Assembly (NCBI RefSeq): GCF_001194135.2
Contig: NC_068985.1
Location: forward strand, 34,706,561 to 34,764,066
DNA from: Octopus bimaculoides
Taxonomy: Eukaryota
DNA length: 57,506 bases
Reading direction: 5' to 3'
The notes beneath the pieces are model-generated. The model saw nothing but the letters and a program-made list of their open reading frames with translations. It was not told the origin of the DNA and did not search any database. Every line of letters starts with the position of its first letter. The stretch's first letter is position 1. The position numbers and the translations under genes are program-made. Positions 12,941 to 24,247 of this stretch are shown here, in pieces.

Positions 12941-13217
12941 CATACCTCCTATTCTTGCACTCTCCTGTCTTAGTAAGAACTTTTTCTTCACCCATTCCCT
13001 TCCGGTCATTTCAATATGTGACCATGTGCGTATCGTTGGCGATTTTCATTCTCCGTCTTCCCTTCTTTGGACTTTTTCTATATTTCTGATGAAGAGTTCT
13101 ACTCGAAACGTGAAATTCTCTTTCTTTTCTTTCCTTTCCTGAGCTTCCATCAATACAGTACTTGTTCCACGTCTTCGGGGTGTTGTTTTTTCTTGCTTGT
13201 TCTTGTTTGGATTGACT

Positions 13218-13254
<37 letters not shown>

Positions 13255-13260
<6 letters not shown>

Positions 13261-16211
13261 ATTTAGAGAAAAACCAACTATTAACAAATTCAACGATGAA
13301 AATGTCATTCAAAACATCTAGAAAAACAAATATACTACAAAAACCTATTCCAAAAATCAATAAATTACATAATCAATAAATAGCAAATAATATTAAAGGA
13401 CTACACGCGTTTCGTGGCTATATTTTAAAATAAATTTGATTCCATCTAAAAATATAGTCATTCTTCAGGTCTATAATAATCATAAGAATAATAAAAATAA
13501 AAATAAGAATAATACTAAAATCAATGTACGTATCTAAACTTATAATAAAATATCAAATAAATATAGAATAACACTTTTTCACAATAAATAATCGAAAAGT
13601 ATTTAACAACATTACTTAAAATGAAAACATAACTTATCTTATCAAAGAATTTCTGTTAAACGAAAATTTCAAACGTAAAACTAAGAACTTAGTGTTTATA
13701 AGAAGTATATCACATGAAAATATGGCGTAAATATAAAAATTATAGAATAAATAGATAGAATATGCATTTAATCTGTTAAAATGACAAAATGTATTTTAGC
13801 TGTGAGAATAAGAAAAAATTAACTGTTGTATATTATTTACTGGAAAATTATAAAGTCTAAATAATTTAAAATAAAGCCCTAATTTATGCAATGAATAAGG
13901 TAGGAATGACTTATGATGAAGTTAATGTAGTTAAAACGGCTAGAAAATCGTTGATTAAATATAATAATAAATTGTGGGCTAGGAAGGATACTAGGGACTA
14001 TTTTTATAAAGCTATGGGGCACCAGATTCTGCACAGGTAACTGATTTAGTAGGTATTTATTTATTATCGGAACTTCAATTAGAAAATTTAAAGGTAGAAG
14101 GTGGTTTATATTAGGATGACCTTTTATTAATAACTAACTATTGCACTAATAGAACACTAGAAGAAGAAGAAACATAAGAAGAAACTATATAGTCTTTTAA
14201 AAGAAATGGATTAAGTATTACTATATATAATGAGAACTATAATGTTAATTACTTAATAAAAACCTTAGATATATTAATGCTAACAGTAATCATCCACTCT
14301 CAATTGAGAAATCGTTGACAGATAATATAGGTAAAAGAATATCGTTGCTTTCTTCTAATCTTGAAATTTTTCAAAAAAAAAAAAAAAAATCCCACCTTAT
14401 TATAATGAAGCCCTGCGGGAGGCGGGATACAATATTAATTTCTTTAATAATTCTAAATATAATTATAATATAAAAGATTATAATATAAATGATTCCTATA
14501 TTTTTTATAATAATAAACCTAACATTAAGAATTATGATTAGTTTTATTTAAGTAATTATGGTACTAATAATAAGTATTATGATAATACAACAAAACATAG
14601 ATATAATAATAATAGACTAAAAAATAAGATTAAATTTAATTCATCTAATGATAATAATGAATTTAATAATATAAAAAATAAATATAATAATATAAATAAT
14701 AAGAACAAAATTTGGTTAATTATTCCTTATGGAGTTCAAGTTAAAACAAACATTATTAAAGAGATTTTAAATATAACTGAAGTATTCATTAGAGATAATA
14801 GAAAATATAATAACATTTTTTCTGGTAATAATTTTGGAGTTGGTTATTCTACTACTAATAATGTTGGTAATATTTTCTTCTTTTAATAAATTTAAGCTGA
14901 ATAAGTTTTACAAAAATGAATCTAATAATTATTCCAATAATAATAATAATAATAATAATATAGACCAGAATATAATTAATTGCACATGTAGAGATAAAAC
15001 TAAATGTAAATTTAATAATAAATGTAATTTGGAGGATGTAGTATATAAATGTGTAGTGACTTTGATTAATGATAATAATAGGAATAGGTATAATTTAAAT
15101 ACTATTTACATAGGGTCGACTTCTAATAAAATTAAATTACGGGTGTCTCAACACATGCATTCTTTTAAGAATAGAAGTTTAATTAATTCTACTGGCCTTA
15201 GTAAATATATATGGGAACTAAAATCTAAAGACATTAAGTACAATTTAAATTGGGAGATAGAATAGATAGTAATTTTTATTTATTATGTACTAATGAATTT
15301 AAGGAGATATTATTAACTAATAATAAAAAATTACTTAATTCCCTAGATGACCGTAAAATTAAATGTAGACATAAGTTAAATTATTTATATAATAAGTTTA
15401 GCTAATTTGTGTTTCTATGATACTAATTGTTGTAGATATAATTTGTAGTAGTTAAATGTGTATATTAGCGCGAGATTATATTGGGCATATTACATATTTA
15501 GAATAAGATTAAACTATGAAGTTTTTTTAAATAAATAAATAAAGAAAGAAAAATAGATGAAATTATAGAAATTTAGCTTAACTTATGTATGTTACATATT
15601 TTAGACTTAAATTATTTAGACTTTATATATAATTTTCCAGTAAATAATATACTGCAGTTAATTTTTTTTTATTCTCACATTTTGTCATTTTAACAGATTA
15701 AATGCATATTCTATCTATTTATTCTATAATTTTTATATTTACGCCATATTTTCACGTGATATATTTCTTATAAACACTAAGTTCTTAGTTTTACGTTTGA
15801 AATTTTAGTTTAACAGAAATTCTTCGATAAATAAGTTATGTTTTCAATTTAAGTAATGTTAAATACTTTTCGATTATTTATTGTGAAAAAGTGTTATTCT
15901 ATATTTATTTGATATTTTATTATAAGTTTAGATACGTACATTGATTTTAGTATTATTCTTATTTTTATTTTTATTATTCTTACGATTATTATAGACCTGA
16001 AGAATCACTATATTTTTAGATGGAATCAAATTTATTTTAAAATATAGCCGCGAAACACGTGTAGTCCTTTAATATCATTTGCTATTTATTGATTATGTAA
16101 TTCATTGATTTTTGGAATAGGTTTTTGTAGTATATTTGTTTTTCTAGATGTTTTGAATGACATTTTTCATCATTGAATTTGTTAATAGTTGATTTTTCTC
16201 TAAATTATATA
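13255..16211 (+). mobile_element. Penelope-like retroelement with inverted 5' pseudo-LTR
   Basis: Degenerate RT (~13980-14400: DLVGIY..GGLY*DD..NNHP..NIGKRISLLSS) and GIY-YIG endonuclease (DVVYKC..YIGSTSNKIKLRVSQH..STGLSKYIWELK, ~15030-15265); arms ~13255-13870 and ~15607-16211 are reverse complements. Confidence 0.88.
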
Positions 16212-16320
16212 TGTATTATATATTGTGAAATTTGATTTAGAATTGCTAAATTGAATTTTCCCTGTAAGTTTTGGAATTGTATTCCCTATTATTATTATTA
16301 TCATTACTATTATTATTATT

Positions 16321-16360
<40 letters not shown>

Positions 16361-16362
<2 letters not shown>

Positions 16363-16730
16363 TGGTTGTCTACTCCTTATGCAGTTTGACCACCTCCTGT
16401 TTCTACACCTTAGAATCATAATGGCATCTGATGTGGCTTTTTAAACCAAACAATGCTTTGAAAAGACACCCACATAGATTACATATCCTATTTGGATCAC
16501 CTACAGCTGCAGTTAAGTTCTGATCTTTGTGAATCTTAAAATGTCTTTTGAGACCTCCATTAGATTTGCAGGCCTTCTGGCATACATTGCATTGAAAGGT
16601 GTGCGCATACATATAGGCAGAATAGTTAGTGAAAGTTTGTTTTCCATGGCTTCGCAAATGAGATTTGAGCCCAGCAAAAGAAAGGCATTGTCTGTCGCAA
16701 ATGTGCATACAAAAAGGTATATATGTATGT
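16361..16730 (-). pseudogene. 3' end of a LINE (RTE-like) carrying three C2H2 zinc fingers
   Basis: HICDRQCLSFAGLKSHLRSH, CNVCQKACKSNGGLKRHFKIH, CNLCGCLFKALFGLKSHIRCH; first Cys lost by an apparent 1-nt deletion; stop at 16403, short 3' UTR, then a (TA)n/(TAA)n tail. Confidence 0.6.
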
Positions 16731-17130
16731 GTTTATTTGTGAAAGTGAGTTAATATTCACTCTTGTCTTCACATGTCTTCCTGGTTTTAAACAATGACTT
16801 TGTTAGCAGTTGACTGTGGAAGCATAACTGGATTTCTTAATATTTGTGTAATCTTTGAGAAGAAAATGCTCCTTTATATGCATTGTTTATTTCAATTTCT
16901 CTGCACAGACATGTCCAAGGGAGGTTATTATCTTGCCTGGGAATAAGTGGGGGTTAGTGGCATAAAGATCATTCAGCCATAGAAAACTCTAACCCATGCA
17001 AGTGTGCAAAAGTAAATGTTAAAATGATGATGATGATGATGATGTTATATTCTGCTGAACATAGAATTTCTAAAGTGTGAGAGTAAAGCAAAATGTAGAA
17101 AAAAAAAAACAAGAATAATATATTAGAACT

Positions 17131-17345
17131 GTAAGGCAGTGAGCTGGCAGAAATGTTAGCATGCTGGGTGAAATTCTTAGCGGTATTTTGTCTGTTTTTA
17201 TGTTCTGAGTTCAAATTCTACCGAGGTCAACTCTGTCTTTCATCCTTTTGGGGTCAATAAATTAAGTACAAGTTGTGTGCTGGGGTCGATCTAATTGACT
17301 GGCTTCCTCCCCACAAAATTTTAGGCCTTGTGCCTAGAGTAGAAA
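17131..17345 (+). mobile_element. tRNA-derived SINE (octopus OR1/OR2-like); further decayed copies at ~31477-31750 and ~40808-41000
   Basis: gagctggcagaa.gttagc A-box-like head, gagttcaaattc B-box-like motif, conserved ctttcatcctt.ggggtc.ataaattaagta body; family name from recall. Confidence 0.6.
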
Positions 17346-17723
17346 ATAATATATTAGAACTCTGGTATACAAAGTCTTTTCTGGAAAAATAAGTTGACTG
17401 ACATATTCTTGATGTCATTAGTCTATGAATTGCTATAATCAGCCATATCAGTAATGACTATAACTGCAATAACTTTTAAATTCTCAAAATTTCATTTTAT
17501 TTTTTTGTTAATTCTGGAGTTAATGTTGTCATAATTATTAATCCTAAAGTTCTATTGTTTTTAAACTTATGACATGAAAACTCTGCGTTTAGGAGAAGTA
17601 AAAATGGTGTGATGTAATTGTTTCTAGTTTATTTCTGCTGTTAATGTCTGAGTTTTAACATGTTTAGTAGCAAACTGAGGACTGAAAATATGATTTTAGA
17701 AAGTTCCAATTATGTCACCAGAG

Positions 17724-17757
<34 letters not shown>

Positions 17758-18407
17758 TAAAATGAAAATGGAAGGACAATACCCTAAGGAATGGTTAGAG
17801 GAAATTTAAGGTAAAGGAATTTAGGTCAAGATATTGGAGAATTATATCTATTCCTCAGTGTATCTAGAATAATACAACGAAACACTAAAGTACTAAATTT
17901 AAAACCATAGGGAACATTAATAGTTAAATTAGAACAAGACAAACATTTATAGTTAAAATAAGATATACATAAATTTTCTCTTGCTTGATTTACCCCTAAC
18001 CTGCTGTCTATTACTACTTTATCTACCTTCCTCTAAATTGAAATTACTACTATCTTACCCCTCCAATTAGATTATATAGAAATTAAATTCTTGTTTTGAT
18101 TCACTAGACTATTGAATGGCAGCCCAGTCAAGATGGTAGTTTCTTCTCCTACTCTTGTTTTTGCACACATCTACAAAATGACTTTCTAAAATGTAATTCC
18201 TTTATGCAGCTGAGGAGTACATTTTCATTGCACATTTTATGTAGTGTTCTCACTACATGAATAAATGAAGTTTGTACGAAACGTACGTACTGCTATAACC
18301 TATTGAATTTTTGTTGCTTTTNNNNNNNNNNNNNNNNNNNNNNNNNNNNNNNNNNNNNNNNNNNNNNNNNATATATGTATGTATGCTTTATATTTTCTTT
18401 CCTTCAG

Positions 18408-18692
18408 TTTCTCTTGAAGTTGAAGTTATTGATGGTGGTTTAAAATTTGCGAAGAAAAATCAACCAACAACACTTGAATGTTTTCTTGCAATGCAAAACT
18501 TTGAATACTGGCAAATTGAATTTCAAAAAATTAGAGATCCTTGGCCACCAATTAAAAGTGAAGTTTTTGAAGCAAATGTCATTTCTGGGACAGTCAACAT
18601 CTTGAACATCACTCTTTTTTCAAATAATGATGTAGCATTATTTTGTAAGACCACTGGAAAGATGATAAAATTTCAAATAAAACCAATATATA
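18408..18692 (+). CDS. Ig-like domain 1 exon (VSLEVEV..TTLEC..YWQ..LFC..KPIY)
   Basis: ttttctttccttcAG acceptor, A|GTAAGT donor, 285 nt, phase 1-1, Cys-Trp-Cys spacing of an Ig fold. Confidence 0.8.
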
Positions 18693-19107
18693 GTAAGTAC
18701 CAAATAGCAATCATTTCTTTATATTTTCCTGATAATGAATAAAATATATTTCTCTAAACACTAATTTTGAGAATCAGTCATTTCACAAAATCTATTGTAA
18801 CAAACAAATACTGCTAATAGTATTTTAATGTTTATAAATTCCTTTTTTAAATTATTCCAGTATCAGTGAAATGACAAAATTATGGCTGAGACTATTTGTT
18901 TGATTTGCAGAAGAGAGATTTAGTTGCTAGCATGTGATCCACAAATTGTTCTTGGTTTGATGAAATTCACAAAAATATTAATTGTTCTAAAAACCTGAGA
19001 AATGTTATTGTTATTAAAATGGACATTCTTTTAATGCATTAACCTCATCTTTAGTGTGTATACTGGTTGGATTTCTGATTGTCATTAGAAATATTATTCT
19101 TGGATAT

Positions 19108-19145
<38 letters not shown>

Positions 19146-19652
19146 ACACACATATGCATGCACACACACACATGCACACATTATATATATGAGTGAGTGG
19201 GTACATGAAAGAAAGAGGCACTGAATGCAGTTGACTAGGAGTACATCTATTAGTGTTTAATAAGAGCTTGATTTGGCTCCATGTAACTTAAGATTTTGTA
19301 GGCTTATAACATGAACCTAGCTCCTGAAACTTTGGTGATCAAATATATATACATATGCATACATACATATATATAAATCCAAAAAGTGGAACAAGAACGT
19401 AAAAGATGACAATAAAACATCCGGACAGACAGATGATAAAAAGATGTGTTTTTCCTGTCCTCTTTATTGTCTATCTGTCCGAATGTTTTATTGTCATCTT
19501 TTGCATTCTTGTTGCATTTTTTTGATTTATATATACATATAGTGGCAATACATACATTTGTGCTCACCTTATATGTGTGTGTGCATGTGAGTGTGTGTGT
19601 GTATATATATACATATACATAAATACATATATATATATGTATGTATATATCT

Positions 19653-20058
19653 CAGGCACGTGCCATCAGTAATTACTTAGGGTAGACAGTTGGCGCCCTT
19701 TACGTAGTAAAACACACAAAAAATAAGCAAAACACAAGTATATGACTAAGTTGAAGGCAGATCTATTTTTGCCTTTATAGCACAAAGAAAACATTTTGTA
19801 GAAATGTATGCAGTACATGTACTACAGCAGTACTATGCATAGCTTAAATACTGAGATTGAAAAGCGGGGGCGAATTATGCCTACCTAATCTACAAAAAAA
19901 TTGAACGCATTTTGAATTTTATGCATAGTAATCAGACTATCCTTCATAATTTTATTGAATTAGGTGCATATTTTGCCATGAGAGAAAAATGTTGCCACCG
20001 ATCTATTTCATTCAAAGTAGGCACTGCTTACCTCCCCTACTTAGGTAGCACGTCCCTG
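19653..20058. mobile_element. hAT-like MITE
   Basis: TIRs CAGGCACGTGC / GCACGTCCCTG (10 of 11 match); flanks atatatct and atatatat resemble an 8-bp TSD, but in (TA)n-rich context. Confidence 0.5.
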
Positions 20059-20939
20059 ATATATATATAAATATATATATCATACATATATATATGTACT
20101 TACATTTTAGCTAAATTGGCTCTGGCCACTTAGAAGATCAATAAATTAAGTCATTTTAAAGTCAAGCTTTGTAGTATCATGGTTTATTGAAGTAAGGTGT
20201 CATTGTTGACTGAGATGGATCCAGTTATAGGTGGCTTGTCTGGTATTCATTGAAGAAATCTGTCCAAATATTGTTAGAAAATGATAGGATTTTTTCCTTC
20301 TTTGACTTGTTTTAAATAGAACAGGGCCAGTTAAAGAAAAGTAAGTGTGTTGCAATTTGTTTATGTGTTATGAGCCTGGATTGCAGTTCAAGGTCTTTGC
20401 ACAGCATCTGTTTTTTTACACATCACACAGGGCCTCAACTTAGAATAATTCTTAATTTGATGCTAAGGTCACTCAGGCATTGCTAGTGTTATATCCTCCA
20501 CATTGTGCAAATAATTTAGCACTCACAGCAATGTTGGAGAAAATAAAGTTTCAGAGATTTTCAGTGGTTCCAATAATCAAAGTCAGTCATGCCTTTAATT
20601 TTTTTTTAGTGATTACTCTCTGGGGTGTTTCAATTTTTATAATGTTTTGTTTGGTATAGGGAGACCATAAGGGGAAGTAATTTTCTAAGTATGGCTATGC
20701 TCTTAAGGAAAGGGGAATGATGACATCTAACTCTCTGGACCAGAAATTCTGAGAATGCAGGAGCTCATCCTGCAAGCTATATTGACTTTAGTATTGATGT
20801 AAGTGTTCCAGCTGAGATTGTTGTCAACAATTACTCCTTAGTCTCTGAAATTATTCGATGCTGTGAGTAAGACTCTTGAAGGAAGAGAGTAAGGTTGATT
20901 GAACATATTCTCTTTTCCAAAGTGCATGGGTTCAAATTT

Positions 20940-21800
20940 TCCCTCATTTAACAGCATGTTGTTTCTGTCCACCCAATGATTTACGACATGCACCTCAGAC
21001 TGGAGTTTTGTCTGACCTTCTTCACCACTAATAAGTTTTTGAAGCTGTGAATATTTTCATTTTGCTGTGCTTGATGACAAATTGAGATTTTGTTTATATA
21101 GACTACGAAGAGAAGTGGGCCTGAAATGGTCCCTTGAGAAATACCACTGGTGACTTTTGCTAGGCTTGAGTGGATTCCATCAATCACAACTTGTTGGGTT
21201 CTGTTCACCAAGAAATACTTGATCCAGTGAAGCAGTATACCATAGATTCAAGTATTGGACAGTTTTAGCAAAAAAAATATTGTTATTGACTCTGTCAAAG
21301 GCTTTGCTGATGTCAAGATATATAACATCAGTGTTCAATCCCTTTCCAAATACATTAAGAATGACATCAAGGTGATGTAAAAGCTGTGTTAGGCAGTCTC
21401 TGCTGCAACAAAAGCCATGCTGGAATAAGAATCATTTCAATATATACTCTGAGTTAAAAGATTTTCTCCAGAGGTTGGTTAGAGTGGATGCAAGTTGGTG
21501 ACAGTATTCCTTCAGGACACTAGCAGAGAATTTATCAGGGGCTATTGCAGAATAATGCTTGGTTTTATGATGCCTGAGGCAGTAAAAGTTATGTCAGAAA
21601 TAACATGAAGGATGAGTTCATTGAAATATCTTGCATCAATATTACTGAGATCACTGAAGAAAGACCAATATTGCTTCTGCAGGACTCCTGGCATTTCTTT
21701 AGCATCATGGTGGAGATTGCTGTTGTCATCTATCAGTGGACCAATGGGTGAGACAGCAGTTCTATGCTTGCTGACAAATAAATTAAAAAAAACTTTCAGG
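20940..21800 (-). pseudogene. CR1/Jockey-type LINE reverse transcriptase fragment
   Basis: DVIYLDISKAFDRV..GILLHWIKYFLVNRTQQVVIDGIHSSLAKVTSGISQGTISGPLLFVVYIN with frameshifts. Confidence 0.8.
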
Positions 21801-22486
21801 TTGCAATTGATTGTTTTTAATAACCCAGTATTCCTCTATAACCCTTTGGTTGTTGATATACATTTTCATGCTGTTCTCAAAAGGATATTTTAAAACTAAA
21901 GTATTCTTATTGCTGTCGAGTTCATGAACTTATTTGGTACACGTATATGCATAAGCTAATCAATGTTTAGTCTCCCGCCAATCCCATAAAGCCCCCAGGG
22001 ACAAACACCAGCAATCAGAAAAGGGAAGGGCTGGTGGTGGGAGTATAGCAGTCTTTCAGTCACCAGGCAGCTTCTGGTGATATTGAGTGTAAGAGTGCTT
22101 CTGGGTCAATTTATGATAGTTCTTCTTTGTCCTGATAGATGTTACATCTATGAATATTATTCATTGTTGTCATCATTGTGGTAGTAGTGACAGCAATGAA
22201 GATTATCAAAATCTGATTTGTGGAAATAGATTTTAAAATTTTCTGCTAAATCAGTCCTTGATTTCATGAACTTATTTAAGCAATATGACACATGTGTGGC
22301 TGTCTCAAACTATTCCCCTTCTCTTATCTCCCATCCCCATCTCCATCATATGAAAGTCATACATGCATGTACGAACGTATGTCAGACTGGGAAGTGTGTG
22401 TATATATGCATGTGTATGGGTATACATAGATGACTATATAACAATACATGCATTTTTATGTTTGAGCACTGACGTCAGTTTACATT

Positions 22487-23240
22487 ATCATCATCATCAT
22501 CATCGTTGAACGTCTGCTTTCCATGCTAGCATGGGTTGGACGATTTGACTGAGGACTGGTGAAACCGGATAGCAACACCAGCCAACAATCTGATTCGGCA
22601 GAGTTTCTACAGCTGGATGCCCTTCCTAACGCCAACCACTCAGAGAGTGTAGTGGGTGCTATTACGTGTCACCCGCATGAAGGCCAGTCAGGCGGTACTG
22701 GCAACGGCCACGCTCAAAATGGTGTATTTTATGTGCCACCCACACAAGAGCCAGTCCAGGGGCACTGGCAACGATTGCGCTCGAAAATCCTACGAAGGCC
22801 AGTCAGGCGGTACTGGCAATGGCCATGCTCAAAATGGTGTATTTTATGTGTCACCCGCACAGGAGCCAGTCCAGGGGCACTGGCAACGATCTCGCTCGAA
22901 AATCCTTACACATGTCACGGGCACAAGTGCCACAAAGGCGACACTGGGCACAAGTGCCACAAAGGCGACGCTGGGCACAAGTGCCACAAAGGCGACGCTG
23001 GGCACAGGTGCTATCCCGATTTTGAAATTCGCTTGCCCCAATAAGTCTTCGCAAGCTGAGTTTCATGTCCAATGAAGGAGACGACGTTGGCACGGGTGCC
23101 AATCGTCGAATTTAGTTCGATTTCACTTGCCTCAAACAAGTCTTTGCAAGCGGAGTTTAGTGTCCAATGTAGGAAAGGTACGCATGAGTGGGCTGGCTAC
23201 TCCCCTGGCAGAGGCCTTGGATTTAGGTCTCACTTGGCTT
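22487..23240 (-). mobile_element. RTE-clade LINE 3' region with internal tandem repeats
   Basis: (CAT)n tail plus conserved 3' UTR; 115-bp unit twice (22679, 22794); 27-bp unit about 3.4 times (22919-23010); the same family recurs at 57196-57506. Confidence 0.7.
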
Positions 23241-23935
23241 GCCGGGTTTTCTCACGCACAGCACAATATATGTACATAAATATATGCTTGCATGTCTATA
23301 TACATATATGTATTTCATATATGTATGTTTGTATATTGTGTATGAAAAAGAGGGTTCTGGTGTGCATCCAGCCATAGATGCCAAACCAGATCAGATTGGG
23401 ACTTGGTGCAGCTCTCCTGCTTGTCAGCTCTGGTTAAACCATCCAAGCCATGCTAGTATGAAAAACGGACATTAAGTGATGATGATGACATACATAATCA
23501 TACCTGCACTCACACATGCATGATCTGCCAGATTGATTGTCAATTATGTAACAACTCAATGCTATTCTACTGGAAAGGAGTATTATATCCTTGAAAGGGA
23601 TGTTTTTTTTTATTAATACACTATCAAACCTCTGTGTATCAAGTTATTATTAAAAGCATTTTATAAGAGATATTGTGTTGTCACTTGACAAACTTATCTT
23701 GCTATTTAACTATGATTCTTGCTCACAATCACTCTACTTGGCCCATTCCTCCATAAAATATCTTCCAATGTGATTTGGCTGATTTTGATTTGTATTCTGC
23801 AGAAGGAAGAAACCATTTCCTTATATGTAGTATCTATTTTATATTATTAGTTTTTTAATGCAAGTGGAATATGATCAAACAGACTTGTTGTCATTTGATA
23901 AAGCTTGATTCATTATGTAATAATTTGTCTTTTAG

Positions 23936-24247
23936 ATGACATTGGGAATCTTTACCCAAGTTCTGAAACACCAATTGCCATAAAGGATAAAAAATTTACA
24001 TTGAAATGTAATTCAGCTGATGAAAGTACTTCGACAATTTGGTACACTGAAAATGGAACAGTTATTGCTAAATACACTGGAGCAGTCAACCAAAATTATT
24101 CTAAATATTTTGGAAGCCGTCAAGAAGCTGGTTGCCAAAATAAAAGTTGCATATTGAGTATAACCAATGTCAGTTTAGCTGAAGACAACATGAGTATTAT
24201 TTGCAGTTCTTCTATCCATACAAGCATGTTCAGTATTACAGTATTTG
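23936..24247 (+). CDS. Ig-like domain 2 exon, V/I-set-like (FTLKC..IWY..GCQNKSCILSITNV..ED..IIC)
   Basis: ttgtcttttAG acceptor, G|GTAAGT donor, 312 nt, phase 1-1, canonical Cys-Trp-Cys plus L-x-I-x-N-V-x-x-x-D strand-E pattern. Confidence 0.88.

Noticed and set aside
12163-13009. His/Thr- and Cys/Val-rich ORFs, also at 7539-8124 and 55157-55601
   Set aside because: These are translations of (CA)n/(TG)n/(TA)n microsatellites.
16403-16708. Independent host C2H2 transcription-factor gene
   Set aside because: Frameshifted first finger, no promoter or exon structure, retroposon-like tail; treated as a LINE end.
17131-17345. tRNA gene suggested by A/B-box-like motifs
   Set aside because: No cloverleaf; the sequence continues into a SINE body that recurs elsewhere in the window.
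22919-23010. CRISPR-like array
   Set aside because: Head-to-tail 27-bp units with no unique spacers, in eukaryotic context.
22559-23102. Overlapping ORFs with repeated HKCHKGD / ATKATLGTS peptides
   Set aside because: Products of the 27-bp and 115-bp tandem repeats within a LINE 3' region; open in several frames on both strands.
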